Positions 35,475-43,125 are shown, counted from the first letter of the stretch. The stretch is DNA of 43,210 nucleotides from Pseudomonadota bacterium (GCA_022563655.1 JADFMW010000001.1:1-43210); one strand, 5' to 3'. Program-made: numbers and translations. Notes: generated by a model from the sequence alone, not told the origin.

Positions 35475-35969
35475 GTGAGTCGGCTTGACAGCTTCATCCG
35501 CCGCCTCTGCGCCCAGCGCGACTGCCTCGTGCTGGGCGCCAGGCTGATCGCCGATGTGCCCGGCCCGGTGCTCGAGTTCGGCCTCGGCAACGGGCGTACG
35601 TACGACCACCTGCGCGGCCTCCTCCCCGAGCGCGAGATCTTTGTATTCGACAGGCGCATCGCCGCCCATCCCGACTGCATCCCAGATCCCGAGCACATGC
35701 TGCTCGGGGATCTGCACGACACCCTGCCGCGAGCGAGCGAGCGCATTCACGAGCCGGCGGCGCTCGCCCACTTCGATATCGGCCTCGTTGACGCCGCGGC
35801 AAACGCGGCGCTGTGCGCCTTCGTGGCGGGTTGGGCGGCGCCGTTGATGGCGCGCGGCGGGGTCGTCGCCTCCGACCAGGAGCTGGCCGCGCCCGGCTGG
35901 CTTGCGCTGCCGCTGCCCGGGGGCGTCGCCGAAGGCCGCTACTTCATGTACCGGGTGACCGGCGCGTAG
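35475..35969 (+). CDS. Hypothetical protein, possible small SAM-methyltransferase fold
   Basis: 164 aa with a GTG start. VLEFGLGNGRTYDHL resembles a glycine-rich motif I. The functional call is weak. Confidence 0.45.
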   Translation: MSRLDSFIRRLCAQRDCLVLGARLIADVPGPVLEFGLGNGRTYDHLRGLLPEREIFVFDRRIAAHPDCIPDPEHMLLGDLHDTLPRASERIHEPAALAHFDIGLVDAAANAALCAFVAGWAAPLMARGGVVASDQELAAPGWLALPLPGGVAEGRYFMYRVTGA

Positions 35970-36144
35970 CGATCGCGCGGGGGCGTCTCGATTCCGTCGC
36001 GGCTCAGCGCCGCGTGGCGCCAAGCTCGGAAGCGCCTCCGGCGGCGTGTCAAACCGCGGTGCCCGCCCCACACTCGGCGTCGGTTTCGCTGGCATTTCGG
36101 GGCCGGGCGGATAGAGTGTGCCGGCGCGCGCCCGTCGGTCGCGT

Positions 36145-36208
36145 CATCATCGGCGAAGGCCATCATCAGCGAAGGCCATCATCGGCGAAGGCCATTATCA
36201 GAGAAGAA
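36145..36208. repeat. 16-bp x4 tandem repeat (CATCATCGGCGAAGGC, CATCATCAGCGAAGGC, CATCATCGGCGAAGGC, degenerate CATTATCAGAGAAGAA)
   Basis: Read directly. It ends 9 nt before the proposed dctP GTG. The unit length is not a multiple of 3. Confidence 0.9.
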
Positions 36209-36216
36209 AGGGCCCG

Positions 36217-37251
36217 GTGGCGTTTCGCAACTTCTTGCCGACCATGCTCTGCGCGCTGGCGCTCGCCGCCGCGGCGCTGGCCGTCCCCGGCTCGTCGCCG
36301 GCCCAAGAGGTCACGCTCAAGCTTCACCATTTCCTGCCGCCCAGCTCGACCACCCACGCGGGGTTTCTCAAGCCGTGGGCAGACAAGGTGATGGCGGAGT
36401 CGCAGGGCCGCATCAAGATCGATATCTACCCGGTGATGCAGCTCGGCGGCCGGGCGCCGCAGCTCTACGATCAGGTGAAGGACGGCGTCGTCGATCTGGC
36501 CTGGACCCTGCCCGGCTACACCGCCGGCCGCTTTCCCTTGGTCGAGGTGTTCGAGCTGCCCTACGTCACCGGCTCGGCCGTGGCCACCAGCCAGGCGCTG
36601 ATGGCGTTCTACGAGCGCCACCTGAAGGACGAATTCAAGGATGTCCGCGTGCTCGCGCTGCACTCCCACGCGCCCGGCGCCTTGCACATGGCGACGAAGC
36701 CGATCCGGACGATCGAGGATCTCAAGGGGGTCAAAATCCGCGCCCCGACGCGCGCCGTCAACGCGGCGCTCAAGGCGCTGGGCGCGACGCCCGTGGGCAT
36801 GCCGGTGCCACAGGTGCCCGAGGCGATCGCCCGCGGCGTCGTCGAGGGCGCGGCGCTGCCCTACGAGGTTACCCTGCCGCTGAGGGTGCACGAGATCACG
36901 CGCTACCACACGAATACGGGCCTCTACACCGCCGTTTTCTTGTTCGCCATGAACAAGGCGCGCTACGAGAGCCTGCCGCCCGATCTCAAGGCGGTGATCG
37001 ACCGCAATTCGGGCCTCGCGCTGGCTGAGCGCGCCGGGCGCGTGTGGGACGCGGCCGAGGCGCCGGGGATCGCCGCCGCCAAGGCGCGCGGCAACACCAT
37101 CTTCACGCTTTCCGACGACGAGGTGGCGCGCTGGAAAGCGGCGACGCGGCCCGTCATCGACCGGTGGATCGCAGAGACCGACGCCCGCGGCCTCGACGGC
37201 AGAGCGCTGTACGAGGAAGCCAGGGCGCTGGTCGCCCGTTACGGAGAGTAG
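36217..37251 (+). CDS. dctP: TRAP transporter substrate-binding protein (DctP family)
   Basis: Signal peptide VAFRNFLPTMLCALALAAAALAVPGSSPAQE followed by DctP-like sequence (LKLHHFLPP..., WADKV...). The GTG at 36217 is preferred, and the ATG at 36244 is possible. Confidence 0.85.
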   Translation: MAFRNFLPTMLCALALAAAALAVPGSSPAQEVTLKLHHFLPPSSTTHAGFLKPWADKVMAESQGRIKIDIYPVMQLGGRAPQLYDQVKDGVVDLAWTLPGYTAGRFPLVEVFELPYVTGSAVATSQALMAFYERHLKDEFKDVRVLALHSHAPGALHMATKPIRTIEDLKGVKIRAPTRAVNAALKALGATPVGMPVPQVPEAIARGVVEGAALPYEVTLPLRVHEITRYHTNTGLYTAVFLFAMNKARYESLPPDLKAVIDRNSGLALAERAGRVWDAAEAPGIAAAKARGNTIFTLSDDEVARWKAATRPVIDRWIAETDARGLDGRALYEEARALVARYGE

Positions 37252-37259
37252 GCGCGCCG

Positions 37260-37808
37260 GTGCGCGGGGTCGCGGGCGGCGACGATCGCGCCGACGGCTC
37301 TGGCGGGCACGCTGCCGGGCCCCGCTTCGGGCGGGCGCTGGAGCGCGTCGCCAAGGGATTCGCGCTTGCGGGCGGCGTGATGCTGCTCGCGGTCACCGCG
37401 CTCACGGTGACCAGCGTCGTCGGGCGCAGCGTGTTCAACCGCCCGGTTCTCGGCGACTTCGAGCTGGTCGAGATCGGCGTCGCGGTGGCGGTGTTCGCGT
37501 TTCTACCCTATTGCCAGCTGTGCCGCGGAAACGTAGTGGTCGATTTTTTCGCCCAACGTGCCGGCGCCCGCGCCCGCGCCCGTGCCTGGGCCGACGCGGC
37601 GCATAGTCTCATCTACGCCCTGATCGCGGCGCTTTTCGCGTGGCGCCTTGCGCTGGGCGGCGTCGAGCTGCGCGCCTGGGGCGAGACGTCGATGATCCTC
37701 GGCGTGCCGATTTGGTGGGGATTCGTACCCATGGCCGCCTCGATGGCGGTGCTCGCGGTCGTCTGCCTCTACACGCTGCTGCGCAGCCTCGGCGAGGCGC
37801 GGCGATGA
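37260..37808 (+). CDS. dctQ: TRAP transporter small permease (DctQ family)
   Basis: Four hydrophobic helices. The stop overlaps the dctM ATG (ATGA). The GTG start at 37260 is inferred, so the N-terminus is uncertain. Confidence 0.75.
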   Translation: MRGVAGGDDRADGSGGHAAGPRFGRALERVAKGFALAGGVMLLAVTALTVTSVVGRSVFNRPVLGDFELVEIGVAVAVFAFLPYCQLCRGNVVVDFFAQRAGARARARAWADAAHSLIYALIAALFAWRLALGGVELRAWGETSMILGVPIWWGFVPMAASMAVLAVVCLYTLLRSLGEARR

Positions 37809-39124
37809 GCGGGGTGGATCTCGGCGTGCTGATGTTCGCCGTGCTCGTTGTGCTCCTGGTGCTGCGCATGCCCATCGGCGTCGCCATGCTGGTGACCGGG
37901 ATGGCCGGCTACGTGATGCTCTCGGGCTGGGAGCCGCTCATCAACTACCTCAAGACCGGCCCCTACTACCGGGTCTCGAGCTACTCGCTGTCGGTCATCC
38001 CGCTGTTTCTGCTGATGGGGCAGTTTGCCATGCACGCGGGCCTCAGCCGGGCGCTGTTCGGCGCCGCCAATGCCTGGCTCGGGCACCACCCGGGCGGCCT
38101 GGCGATGGCCGCGGTGGGCGGCTGCGCGGGCTTCGGCGCAATTTGCGGCTCGTCGCTGGCCACTGCGGCGACGATGGCGCGCGTCGCCCTGCCCGAGATG
38201 CGCCGCTACGGCTACTCGGGCGCGCTGGCGACCGGGTCGCTGGCGGCCGGCGGGGCGCTCGGCATCCTGATTCCGCCCTCGGTGGTGCTGGTGATCTACG
38301 CCATTCTCACCGAGCAGTCGATCGGCAAGATGTTTCTCGCCGCCTTCGTGCCCGGCGGCCTCGCCGCACTTGGCTACATGCTCGCCATCGCCGTTTACGT
38401 GCGGTACCGCCCCGACGCCGGGCCGGCAGGGATGCGGTCGAGCATGCGGCAGCGACTCGCCAGCCTGCTCGACGTCTGGTCGGTGGTGCTGATCTTCGCG
38501 CTCGTGATCATCGGCATCTATCGCGGTTGGTTCACGCCGACCGAAGGCGCGGCGGTGGGCGCCTTCGGCACCGGGGCGCTGGCGGTGATCTACGGCCGCA
38601 TGCGGCTCGCCGGCCTCGTTGAGTGCCTTTTCGGCACCGCACAGACCACGGCGATGATCTTTCTCATCCTGCTTGGGGCCGATATCTTCAACTCCTTTCT
38701 CGCGCTCTCGCAGCTGCCCGTCGCGGCGGCCGAGGCCATCGGCGCGAGCGGGCTTGAGCCGTTCGCGGTGCTGGCGGTCATACTGGTCTTCTACCTGGCG
38801 CTCGGCTGCGTGATGGACTCGCTCTCGATGATCCTGCTGACGATCCCGGTGTTCTTCCCGATCATCGCCGGGCTCGACTTCGGCCTCGGGTCCGAGGAGA
38901 CGGCGATCTGGTTCGGCATTCTCACCCTCATCGTCGTCGAGGTTGGGCTGATCACGCCGCCTGTCGGGATGAACGTGTTCGTCATCAACGCGCTCGCCGA
39001 CGGCGTGCCGATGGCCGAGACGTTCAAGGGCGTGACGCCGTTTCTCGTCTCCGACGTGGTGCGCATCGCGTTGCTCGTCGCCTTCCCCGGCATCGCCCTG
39101 TGGCTGCCCCGGGTGCTGAGCTGA
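37805..39124 (+). CDS. dctM: TRAP transporter large permease (DctM family)
   Basis: 439-aa polytopic membrane protein beginning MSGVDLGVLMFAVLVVLLVLRMPIGVAM, which is typical of DctM. Confidence 0.9.
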   Translation: MSGVDLGVLMFAVLVVLLVLRMPIGVAMLVTGMAGYVMLSGWEPLINYLKTGPYYRVSSYSLSVIPLFLLMGQFAMHAGLSRALFGAANAWLGHHPGGLAMAAVGGCAGFGAICGSSLATAATMARVALPEMRRYGYSGALATGSLAAGGALGILIPPSVVLVIYAILTEQSIGKMFLAAFVPGGLAALGYMLAIAVYVRYRPDAGPAGMRSSMRQRLASLLDVWSVVLIFALVIIGIYRGWFTPTEGAAVGAFGTGALAVIYGRMRLAGLVECLFGTAQTTAMIFLILLGADIFNSFLALSQLPVAAAEAIGASGLEPFAVLAVILVFYLALGCVMDSLSMILLTIPVFFPIIAGLDFGLGSEETAIWFGILTLIVVEVGLITPPVGMNVFVINALADGVPMAETFKGVTPFLVSDVVRIALLVAFPGIALWLPRVLS

Positions 39125-39186
39125 GGCGGGCATCTGTGTGGCGAGAAGACCCAAGCTGCCGGCTGGTGATGCGCGGTGAGGGCGGC

Positions 39187-39828
39187 TCACCCTTGCGGGG
39201 CATGCGGCCGGGCGACGATCAGCTTGATGATGTCGCGGTACAGGAACCGCTGCGAGACGATTTCGAGGCCGGCATCCGGAAGGTAACGTTCCGTATGGCG
39301 GTCGAACGCCGCCCCGTAGGCCCAGCGCGCCCACGGCGCCCAAAGCCGCATGACCAGCCGCCTCAGCGGATCACTGGAATAGGCGCAATCGAGGAGCCGG
39401 ATCTGGCCGCCCGGCTTGGCAATGCGCGCGAGTTCCTTGAGCGCGGGAAGCTGCTGGCGTTGATCGAGAACGGTGAACAGGAACGTCGCCACGATGGTGT
39501 CGAAATGGCGGTCCGGGAACGTGGTTGCCAGAACATCCATCTCCAGGAGCTCGACTTCCTTTCCGAGTTTCGCGCGCCGTCGCCTTGCCTGGGCAAGCAT
39601 CGCGGGGCTGACGTCGATACCGATGACGCGGCAACTTTCAGGATAGAAGGGTATGTTTCGGCCGGTGCCCACACCGGCGTCCAGTATCAGTCCCGAGGCG
39701 CCCTCGAACACTTGCCGCCTGAGCGGCCTATAGCGGCCATACTCGAACGGTAGGTCGACGAGGTCATATAGGCGCGTGACGTGGGCCTGCTCGTGGCGGG
39801 TCACTTTGCGAGATCCGCGTTGCTTCAC
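39187..39828 (-). CDS. Class I SAM-dependent methyltransferase (UbiE/Methyltransf_11-like)
   Basis: Motif I ILDAGVGTGRN and post-I IGIDVSPAML. GTG start at 39828; the exact start is uncertain. Confidence 0.8.
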   Translation of the reverse strand: MKQRGSRKVTRHEQAHVTRLYDLVDLPFEYGRYRPLRRQVFEGASGLILDAGVGTGRNIPFYPESCRVIGIDVSPAMLAQARRRRAKLGKEVELLEMDVLATTFPDRHFDTIVATFLFTVLDQRQQLPALKELARIAKPGGQIRLLDCAYSSDPLRRLVMRLWAPWARWAYGAAFDRHTERYLPDAGLEIVSQRFLYRDIIKLIVARPHAPQG

Positions 39829-39965
39829 CTCCCTTCTAAACCAAGATCAGCCAAGTGTAACGCGACATCGGAACGCGAGGCGCGGGCGACGGCCCCGGCA
39901 TGGCGGCCGGCGCGCTCTGCTACCCCGTGGCGCGCCGGGAAGCTGTCATCCGGGACATGCGGGCT

Positions 39966-39990
39966 AGCCCCGCTTCGGCGGGGCTTTTCT
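39966..39990 (+). terminator. Orphan intrinsic terminator with UUCG tetraloop
   Basis: Perfect 8-bp stem AGCCCCGC/GCGGGGCT with loop TTCG, followed by TTTCT. There is no plus-strand CDS upstream. Confidence 0.6.
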
Positions 39991-40015
39991 AGTGCGCCGC
40001 GGAATTTCGAGCAAA

Positions 40016-40073
40016 GTGTGACGGTCGTCACACGGTTTGAGAAAAAACCCCACGGAATTGTGATGGCGGTCAC
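40016..40073. promoter_or_regulatory. Two GTGA-N6-TCAC palindromes (40018-40031 and 40060-40073), 42 bp centre to centre; candidate operators
   Basis: Read directly. The first extends to GTGTGACGGTCGTCACAC (8-bp arms). Both lie upstream of the 40147 gene. Confidence 0.4.
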
Positions 40074-40146
40074 TTCCGAGGCTGGCAGCGAACTCTTACA
40101 AACAGCGCCAGAGCTTTCTGCTGGAGCGTCTCGATAGGAGGTTGTC

Positions 40147-40554
40147 ATGAGCGAGCAGGTGCAGCTAGATCGTTACGACGGGACCGGCTCGAGCCTTTGG
40201 CCGGTGATGCGGCGGCTCGACCAGACGGCGTCACGCGCGCTCGACTCGTTGTTTCGGTTGGGTACCGCCAACTGGGAAAAGAGAAACGGCAACGGCGAGC
40301 GTGAGATGAGCGAGGCCGACGTGGAAGCGCGGGACCGGTACAAGTACGCCCTTGCCGGCCTCACGTCGGAGCAGAGGGGCGTGCTCTACGACGTGTGCTG
40401 CCTCGGCATGGACGCTGAGGCCTTGGCGGTCTCAAGGGGCCTATACTCATCGACCGCTCACCTGATGTTCCGAGATGCCCTTGGAGCGCTGGAGCGGCAC
40501 CTGGCGGGCCGTTGCCGCAACCTGGGCTCTCTGCCGTCGGCGGCCATCTTCTGA
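40147..40554 (+). CDS. Small protein with sigma-70 region-4-like HTH
   Basis: 135 aa with a strong AGGAGG Shine-Dalgarno sequence. The C-terminal LTSEQRGVLYDVCCLGMDAEALAVSRGLYSSTAHLMFRDALGALERHL follows the region-4 pattern seen in ECF sigma factors. No region 2 is visible. Confidence 0.6.
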   Translation: MSEQVQLDRYDGTGSSLWPVMRRLDQTASRALDSLFRLGTANWEKRNGNGEREMSEADVEARDRYKYALAGLTSEQRGVLYDVCCLGMDAEALAVSRGLYSSTAHLMFRDALGALERHLAGRCRNLGSLPSAAIF

Positions 40555-40612
40555 CGGCCAAACAGCGCTAGGTGCGTTCGCGCGGTCGCTTGTTGGTCAC
40601 TCGAACGACGAA

Positions 40613-40650
40613 GGGGTTGAGCCATTATGGCCCAACCCCTTGCTTTTGTT
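40613..40650. terminator. Strong hairpin terminator between the 40147 gene and the tRNA fragment
   Basis: GGGGTTGAGCC-ATTAT-GGCCCAACCCC (11-bp stem with one mismatch) followed by TTGCTTTTGTT on the plus strand. It also lies immediately 3' of the minus-strand tRNA fragment. Confidence 0.7.
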
Positions 40651-40699
40651 GGCTCCCCGGGCCGGACTCGAACCAGCGACCTAGTGGTTAGCAGCCACC
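40650..40699 (-). other. 3' portion of a tRNA gene (anticodon arm, variable loop, T-arm, 3' acceptor strand, CCA); putative att remnant
   Basis: The minus strand reads GGTGG-CTGCTAA-CCACT-AGGTC-GCTGG-TTCGAGT-CCGGC-CCGGGGA-G-CCA. The complementary 5' acceptor strand (CCGGGGA on the plus strand) is absent within 200 nt, and the upstream sequence forms no D-arm. Confidence 0.65.
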
Positions 40700-40829
40700 T
40701 GATTAGCGACCTCCGCTGCATTCCGATGATCACCTATGATATAGGCGTGGAAGCCGGAACGCCTGTTGACAGAATGGCTTTTCGGGTGCTCAATGGAGGT
40801 CATGGACGGTCATACTGTCTCTGTCTCCG

Positions 40830-40868
40830 TGGAACCTATTTGGAACCTAAACCTGTTCAGGTGGTTCC
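40830..40868. promoter_or_regulatory. Direct repeats TGGAACCTA x2 (11-bp spacing), a third AACCT and an inverted GGTTCC; candidate integrase arm-type sites
   Basis: Read directly. They lie 20-58 nt upstream of the integrase start, between the att fragment and int. Confidence 0.35.
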
Positions 40869-40887
40869 GAGACATCGGAGGCCCGCC

Positions 40888-42213
40888 ATGCCGAAGCTGA
40901 AATTCACGGCCCGAGGCATCGAGGCCATCAAGCCACCGCCGGAGCGCCCGCCGAAGAAAGAGCGGGACCGTCTAAAGGCCATGGATATCAAGTTTGAACA
41001 CGGCCAGTGCGACTACTGGGATTCAAGTGTTCCAGGCTTCGTGCTCCGAGTGTCGTACGGAGGTCGGAAGTCATGGGGCCTTGTCTACCGGCACGAAGGC
41101 CGGCGCCGGAGATTGAGCCTGGGGGTCTATCCGGCGCTGTCGCTTGCCGATGCCCGCGAGAAGGCCAGTGACGCGCTCCGAGAGGTTGCCCACGGGAAAG
41201 ACCCGGCCGCCGATAAGCAGGCCGAGCAAAAGGCTGAGACCTTCGGCGAGCTGGCCGCGGAGTACATCGAGAAGCACGCCAAGGCGAAGAAGCGGTCCTG
41301 GCGCAAGGACGAACTCGCCTTCGAGCGCGACCTGCTGCCGATCTGGCGCCATCGGAAAGCGTCCTCGATCACGCGCAAGGAGGTGGTCCGGGTGCTCGAC
41401 GACATCGTTGAGCGTGGCGCAGGAATCCAAGCCAACCGCACTTTGGAGATCCTGCGCAAGTGCTACAACTGGGCGATCAGCCGCGACATCGTTTCGTATA
41501 ACCCATGTCAGGGCATTGAGCGCCCCGCGGACGAACACTCCCGCGAGCGAGTGCTCTCCAACGACGAGATTTCTGCCGTCTGGAAAGCGGTGGACGACGA
41601 AGAACCGATGGTCGCGGCGGCCTTCCGGCTCCGCTTGTTGACCGCCCAGCGCGGCCAGGAAATCGAGACCATGCGCCTCGAGGATATCGACGGCGCATCG
41701 GGCTGGTGGACGATCCCGGGAGAGAGGACCAAGAACGGCCTCGCGCACCGCGTCCCGCTGAGCCGACAGGCCATGGATATTCTGGACGCGTTGGACGGCG
41801 ACGCCGAGGGCGACGTCGACGACCACGGCGATGACGCCGGGCGCGACCATCAAGGATGGGTATTCCAGAGCTCGAAGCGGGATGGCCCCGTGACGAATCT
41901 GTGGCGCGCGACAGCCGATATTCGCAAGAGCGCGGCCAAAGCCCGCGATGGCGAGAAGGTCGATTTCGTGCCGCACGATTTGCGACGGACTGCGGCGAGC
42001 AAGATGACCGGCGACCTCGGCATCAGCCGGCTCACCGTCTCGAAAATCCTCAACCACATCGAGACTGGCGTCACTGCCGTTTACGACCGCCACAGCTACG
42101 ACGCTGAGAAACGACAGGCCCTCGACGCCTGGGGCGCCCGCGTCGAGCAGATCGTCGCTGGTAAGCCGTCAGAGGAAGATGACGCGAAGGTGGTGCCGAT
42201 GCGTCGTGGCTGA
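40888..42213 (+). CDS. int: Tyrosine-type site-specific integrase (P4-like, N-terminal arm-binding DUF4102-type domain)
   Basis: 441 aa from the ATG at 40888 (GGAGG 7 nt upstream). N-terminus MPKLKFTARGIEAIKPP...YWDSSVPGFVLRVSYGGRKSW. Catalytic elements LLTAQRGQE, HDLRRTAAS and VYDRHSY. The track ORF from 40627 reads through the tRNA fragment. Confidence 0.9.
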   Translation: MPKLKFTARGIEAIKPPPERPPKKERDRLKAMDIKFEHGQCDYWDSSVPGFVLRVSYGGRKSWGLVYRHEGRRRRLSLGVYPALSLADAREKASDALREVAHGKDPAADKQAEQKAETFGELAAEYIEKHAKAKKRSWRKDELAFERDLLPIWRHRKASSITRKEVVRVLDDIVERGAGIQANRTLEILRKCYNWAISRDIVSYNPCQGIERPADEHSRERVLSNDEISAVWKAVDDEEPMVAAAFRLRLLTAQRGQEIETMRLEDIDGASGWWTIPGERTKNGLAHRVPLSRQAMDILDALDGDAEGDVDDHGDDAGRDHQGWVFQSSKRDGPVTNLWRATADIRKSAAKARDGEKVDFVPHDLRRTAASKMTGDLGISRLTVSKILNHIETGVTAVYDRHSYDAEKRQALDAWGARVEQIVAGKPSEEDDAKVVPMRRG

Positions 42214-42318
42214 CGGTCCGAGCTGGCGCGGCTAGGGAAGTGCACCCCGAAAGCCGGCGACCCTACCGCCGGCCGCCGCGCCGCCATTCCACGGTAGGGC
42301 ACCTATAGGGGGGGTGCG

Positions 42319-43125
42319 ATGTTTAACCCCGATCCAGAGAAGTTTTACACGCTGCCCCTGGCGTTCGATGTCCTTGGGCGTGCGCGCTTTCCTAAGATGT
42401 GGACAGGGAAGGAACTCAGGGCGCGTGACCTACCGCCGCCCGCCGCTACGTTCCGCCGCATCAGGCAAGCCGAGGAAGAACTTCGGAGGGAGGACGCCGA
42501 GGACGAACAGCGCGCTCGGCGAGAGCAGGCTGAAAAGGTTGAACGGGCGCGCCGTGCGTCGTTTAGAGTCAGGACGGGCACGGAAGTTTCTCGCCGACCC
42601 CACCGCCGCTCTGTTCCCGAACCGATGCTTACCGCTGATGAGGTCAAGCGGCAGTGGGTCGAAAGGGTTGCCTCGCGCGCTGGCTACCCGCCCGAGATCG
42701 TAGAGGCCGCTGAAGACCAACCCGCGTGTAGGAGAGAGCACCGTGCCCGATGGCGCAGGAACGCGATCGAAGGAGACATTCGGCGGCTCCTACACGACTT
42801 GCGCCCTCAGCCAGTGTTGCAGAAATCCTCTGACGGCCGACGTGCCAAGATTCCGAGCCGCCTCTGGTTTGCCGGCGAGTTAAGGGTTCAGTTCGACACC
42901 GGCGAGGCGAGTTGGCCGGGCATTGATACGGCGGGGCGGGAGATCGTGTACCAAGGCTTGGTGCTGATCGAGCGGGCTCCGTTCGATCACGTGGTCAGTG
43001 GCGAGCCTGTTGACGAAGATGCGCGAGGCGAGGACAGCCGCGAACTCGAGACCGCCGCTGAGGAAGCGGCGCAACAGCGTCCGCTAGTTGTGGAGTCGCA
43101 TGAGGTTGTTCACATCCGAGCCTGA
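42319..43125 (+). CDS. Hypothetical protein (island cargo), Arg/Glu-rich central region
   Basis: 268-aa ORF with a G-rich Shine-Dalgarno sequence. I recognise no family. Confidence 0.5.
   Translation: MFNPDPEKFYTLPLAFDVLGRARFPKMWTGKELRARDLPPPAATFRRIRQAEEELRREDAEDEQRARREQAEKVERARRASFRVRTGTEVSRRPHRRSVPEPMLTADEVKRQWVERVASRAGYPPEIVEAAEDQPACRREHRARWRRNAIEGDIRRLLHDLRPQPVLQKSSDGRRAKIPSRLWFAGELRVQFDTGEASWPGIDTAGREIVYQGLVLIERAPFDHVVSGEPVDEDARGEDSRELETAAEEAAQQRPLVVESHEVVHIRA

Noticed and set aside
37769-39343. 524-aa minus-strand ORF antisense to dctM
   Set aside because: It has a highly charged, Arg/His/Asp-rich composition with no family resemblance. The dctM frame is a convincing polytopic permease.
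39829-39990. SRP RNA, 6S RNA or tmRNA identity for the candidate sRNA region
   Set aside because: No GGAAGCAGCC-type SRP motif, T-loop or tmRNA acceptor (GGGGCUG...CCACCA) is visible. The region is left as an unclassified candidate.
39900-39992. 30-aa plus-strand ORF (MAAGALCYPVARREAVIRDMRASPASAGLF) ending in the UUCG hairpin
   Set aside because: It has no Shine-Dalgarno sequence, and its C-terminus is simply the translated terminator stem. It is more likely non-coding.
40650-40730. Complete tRNA gene (Ser-GCU or other) on the minus strand
   Set aside because: The 26 nt upstream of the anticodon stem (CGGAATGCAGCGGAGGTCGCTAATCA) neither pair with the 3' acceptor strand CCGGGGA nor form a D-arm. 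Only the 3' portion is tRNA-like, so it is reported as a fragment.
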